From an uncultured bacterium (GTDB lineage: Bacteria > Chloroflexota > UBA5177 > JANWHV01): a DNA stretch of 59,107 nt. A model generated the notes under the pieces. It was not told where the DNA came from. It ran no database searches and worked only from the letters and a program-made list of their open reading frames with translations. The DNA lies in assembly GCA_963729625.1 (NCBI GenBank), contig CAVSOU010000001.1:1-59107 (forward strand). The letters are read 5' to 3'. Position numbers and translations under genes: made by a program. Shown here piece by piece: positions 58,946 to 59,107 of the stretch (position 1 is the stretch's first letter; each line of letters opens with the position of its first letter).

Positions 58946-59107
58946 CTTGCCGCTTCCTCATCCAACGACTGCGTCAACATCGTCGGGTCGATTGAACAGG
59001 GTAACCGTACCACTTTTCGCTCGGCCCGGCTGTCCAGTCTCCTGGCGCCGGCAGGGCCGTAGTTCGCACATGTTCAACCCTTCATTCCTTGCCGTGGTGC
59101 TGAGGAA

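Noticed and set aside
1-59107. CRISPR array, tRNA, rRNA or integrase
   Set aside because: No regularly spaced repeats, cloverleaf motifs or recombinase ORF were seen by eye
58946-59107. 3' end of an upstream gene such as brxR
   Set aside because: One minus-strand frame is open to the window edge but has no recognisable motif; too short to call

Overview
GC-rich bacterial window, probably Chloroflexota-like (inferred from the Uma2 paralogues, GT-C enzymes and Thr/Pro-rich secreted proteins). Positions 1-38.8 kb hold mostly housekeeping and cell-surface genes: secreted hypotheticals, an AlkD-like repair protein bracketed by a ~95-bp direct repeat, a membrane Ser/Thr pseudokinase, sugar oxidoreductase/isomerase genes, CorA, carbohydrate-binding and glycoside-hydrolase-like proteins, two Uma2 nucleases flanking a heterodimeric ABC exporter and an IS701 remnant, a nitroreductase, an ABC importer behind a structured leader, and three GT-C glycosyltransferases. 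Positions 39.3-59 kb form a defence island: a cluster of PIN toxin-antitoxin modules (one intact, one truncated, one with a catalytic Asp-to-His change) next to a minus-strand BREX operon, brxE-brxA-brxB-brxC-pglX-[3-gene insert]-pglZ-brxL. The best candidate for an undescribed system is the translationally coupled insert between pglX and pglZ (178-aa antitoxin-like ORF, ABC-type ATPase, small PD-(D/E)xK nuclease). It sits in a BREX that combines brxE with brxL and whose PglX carries an extra ~110-aa domain. All family calls come from reading motifs by eye; no database searches were run.
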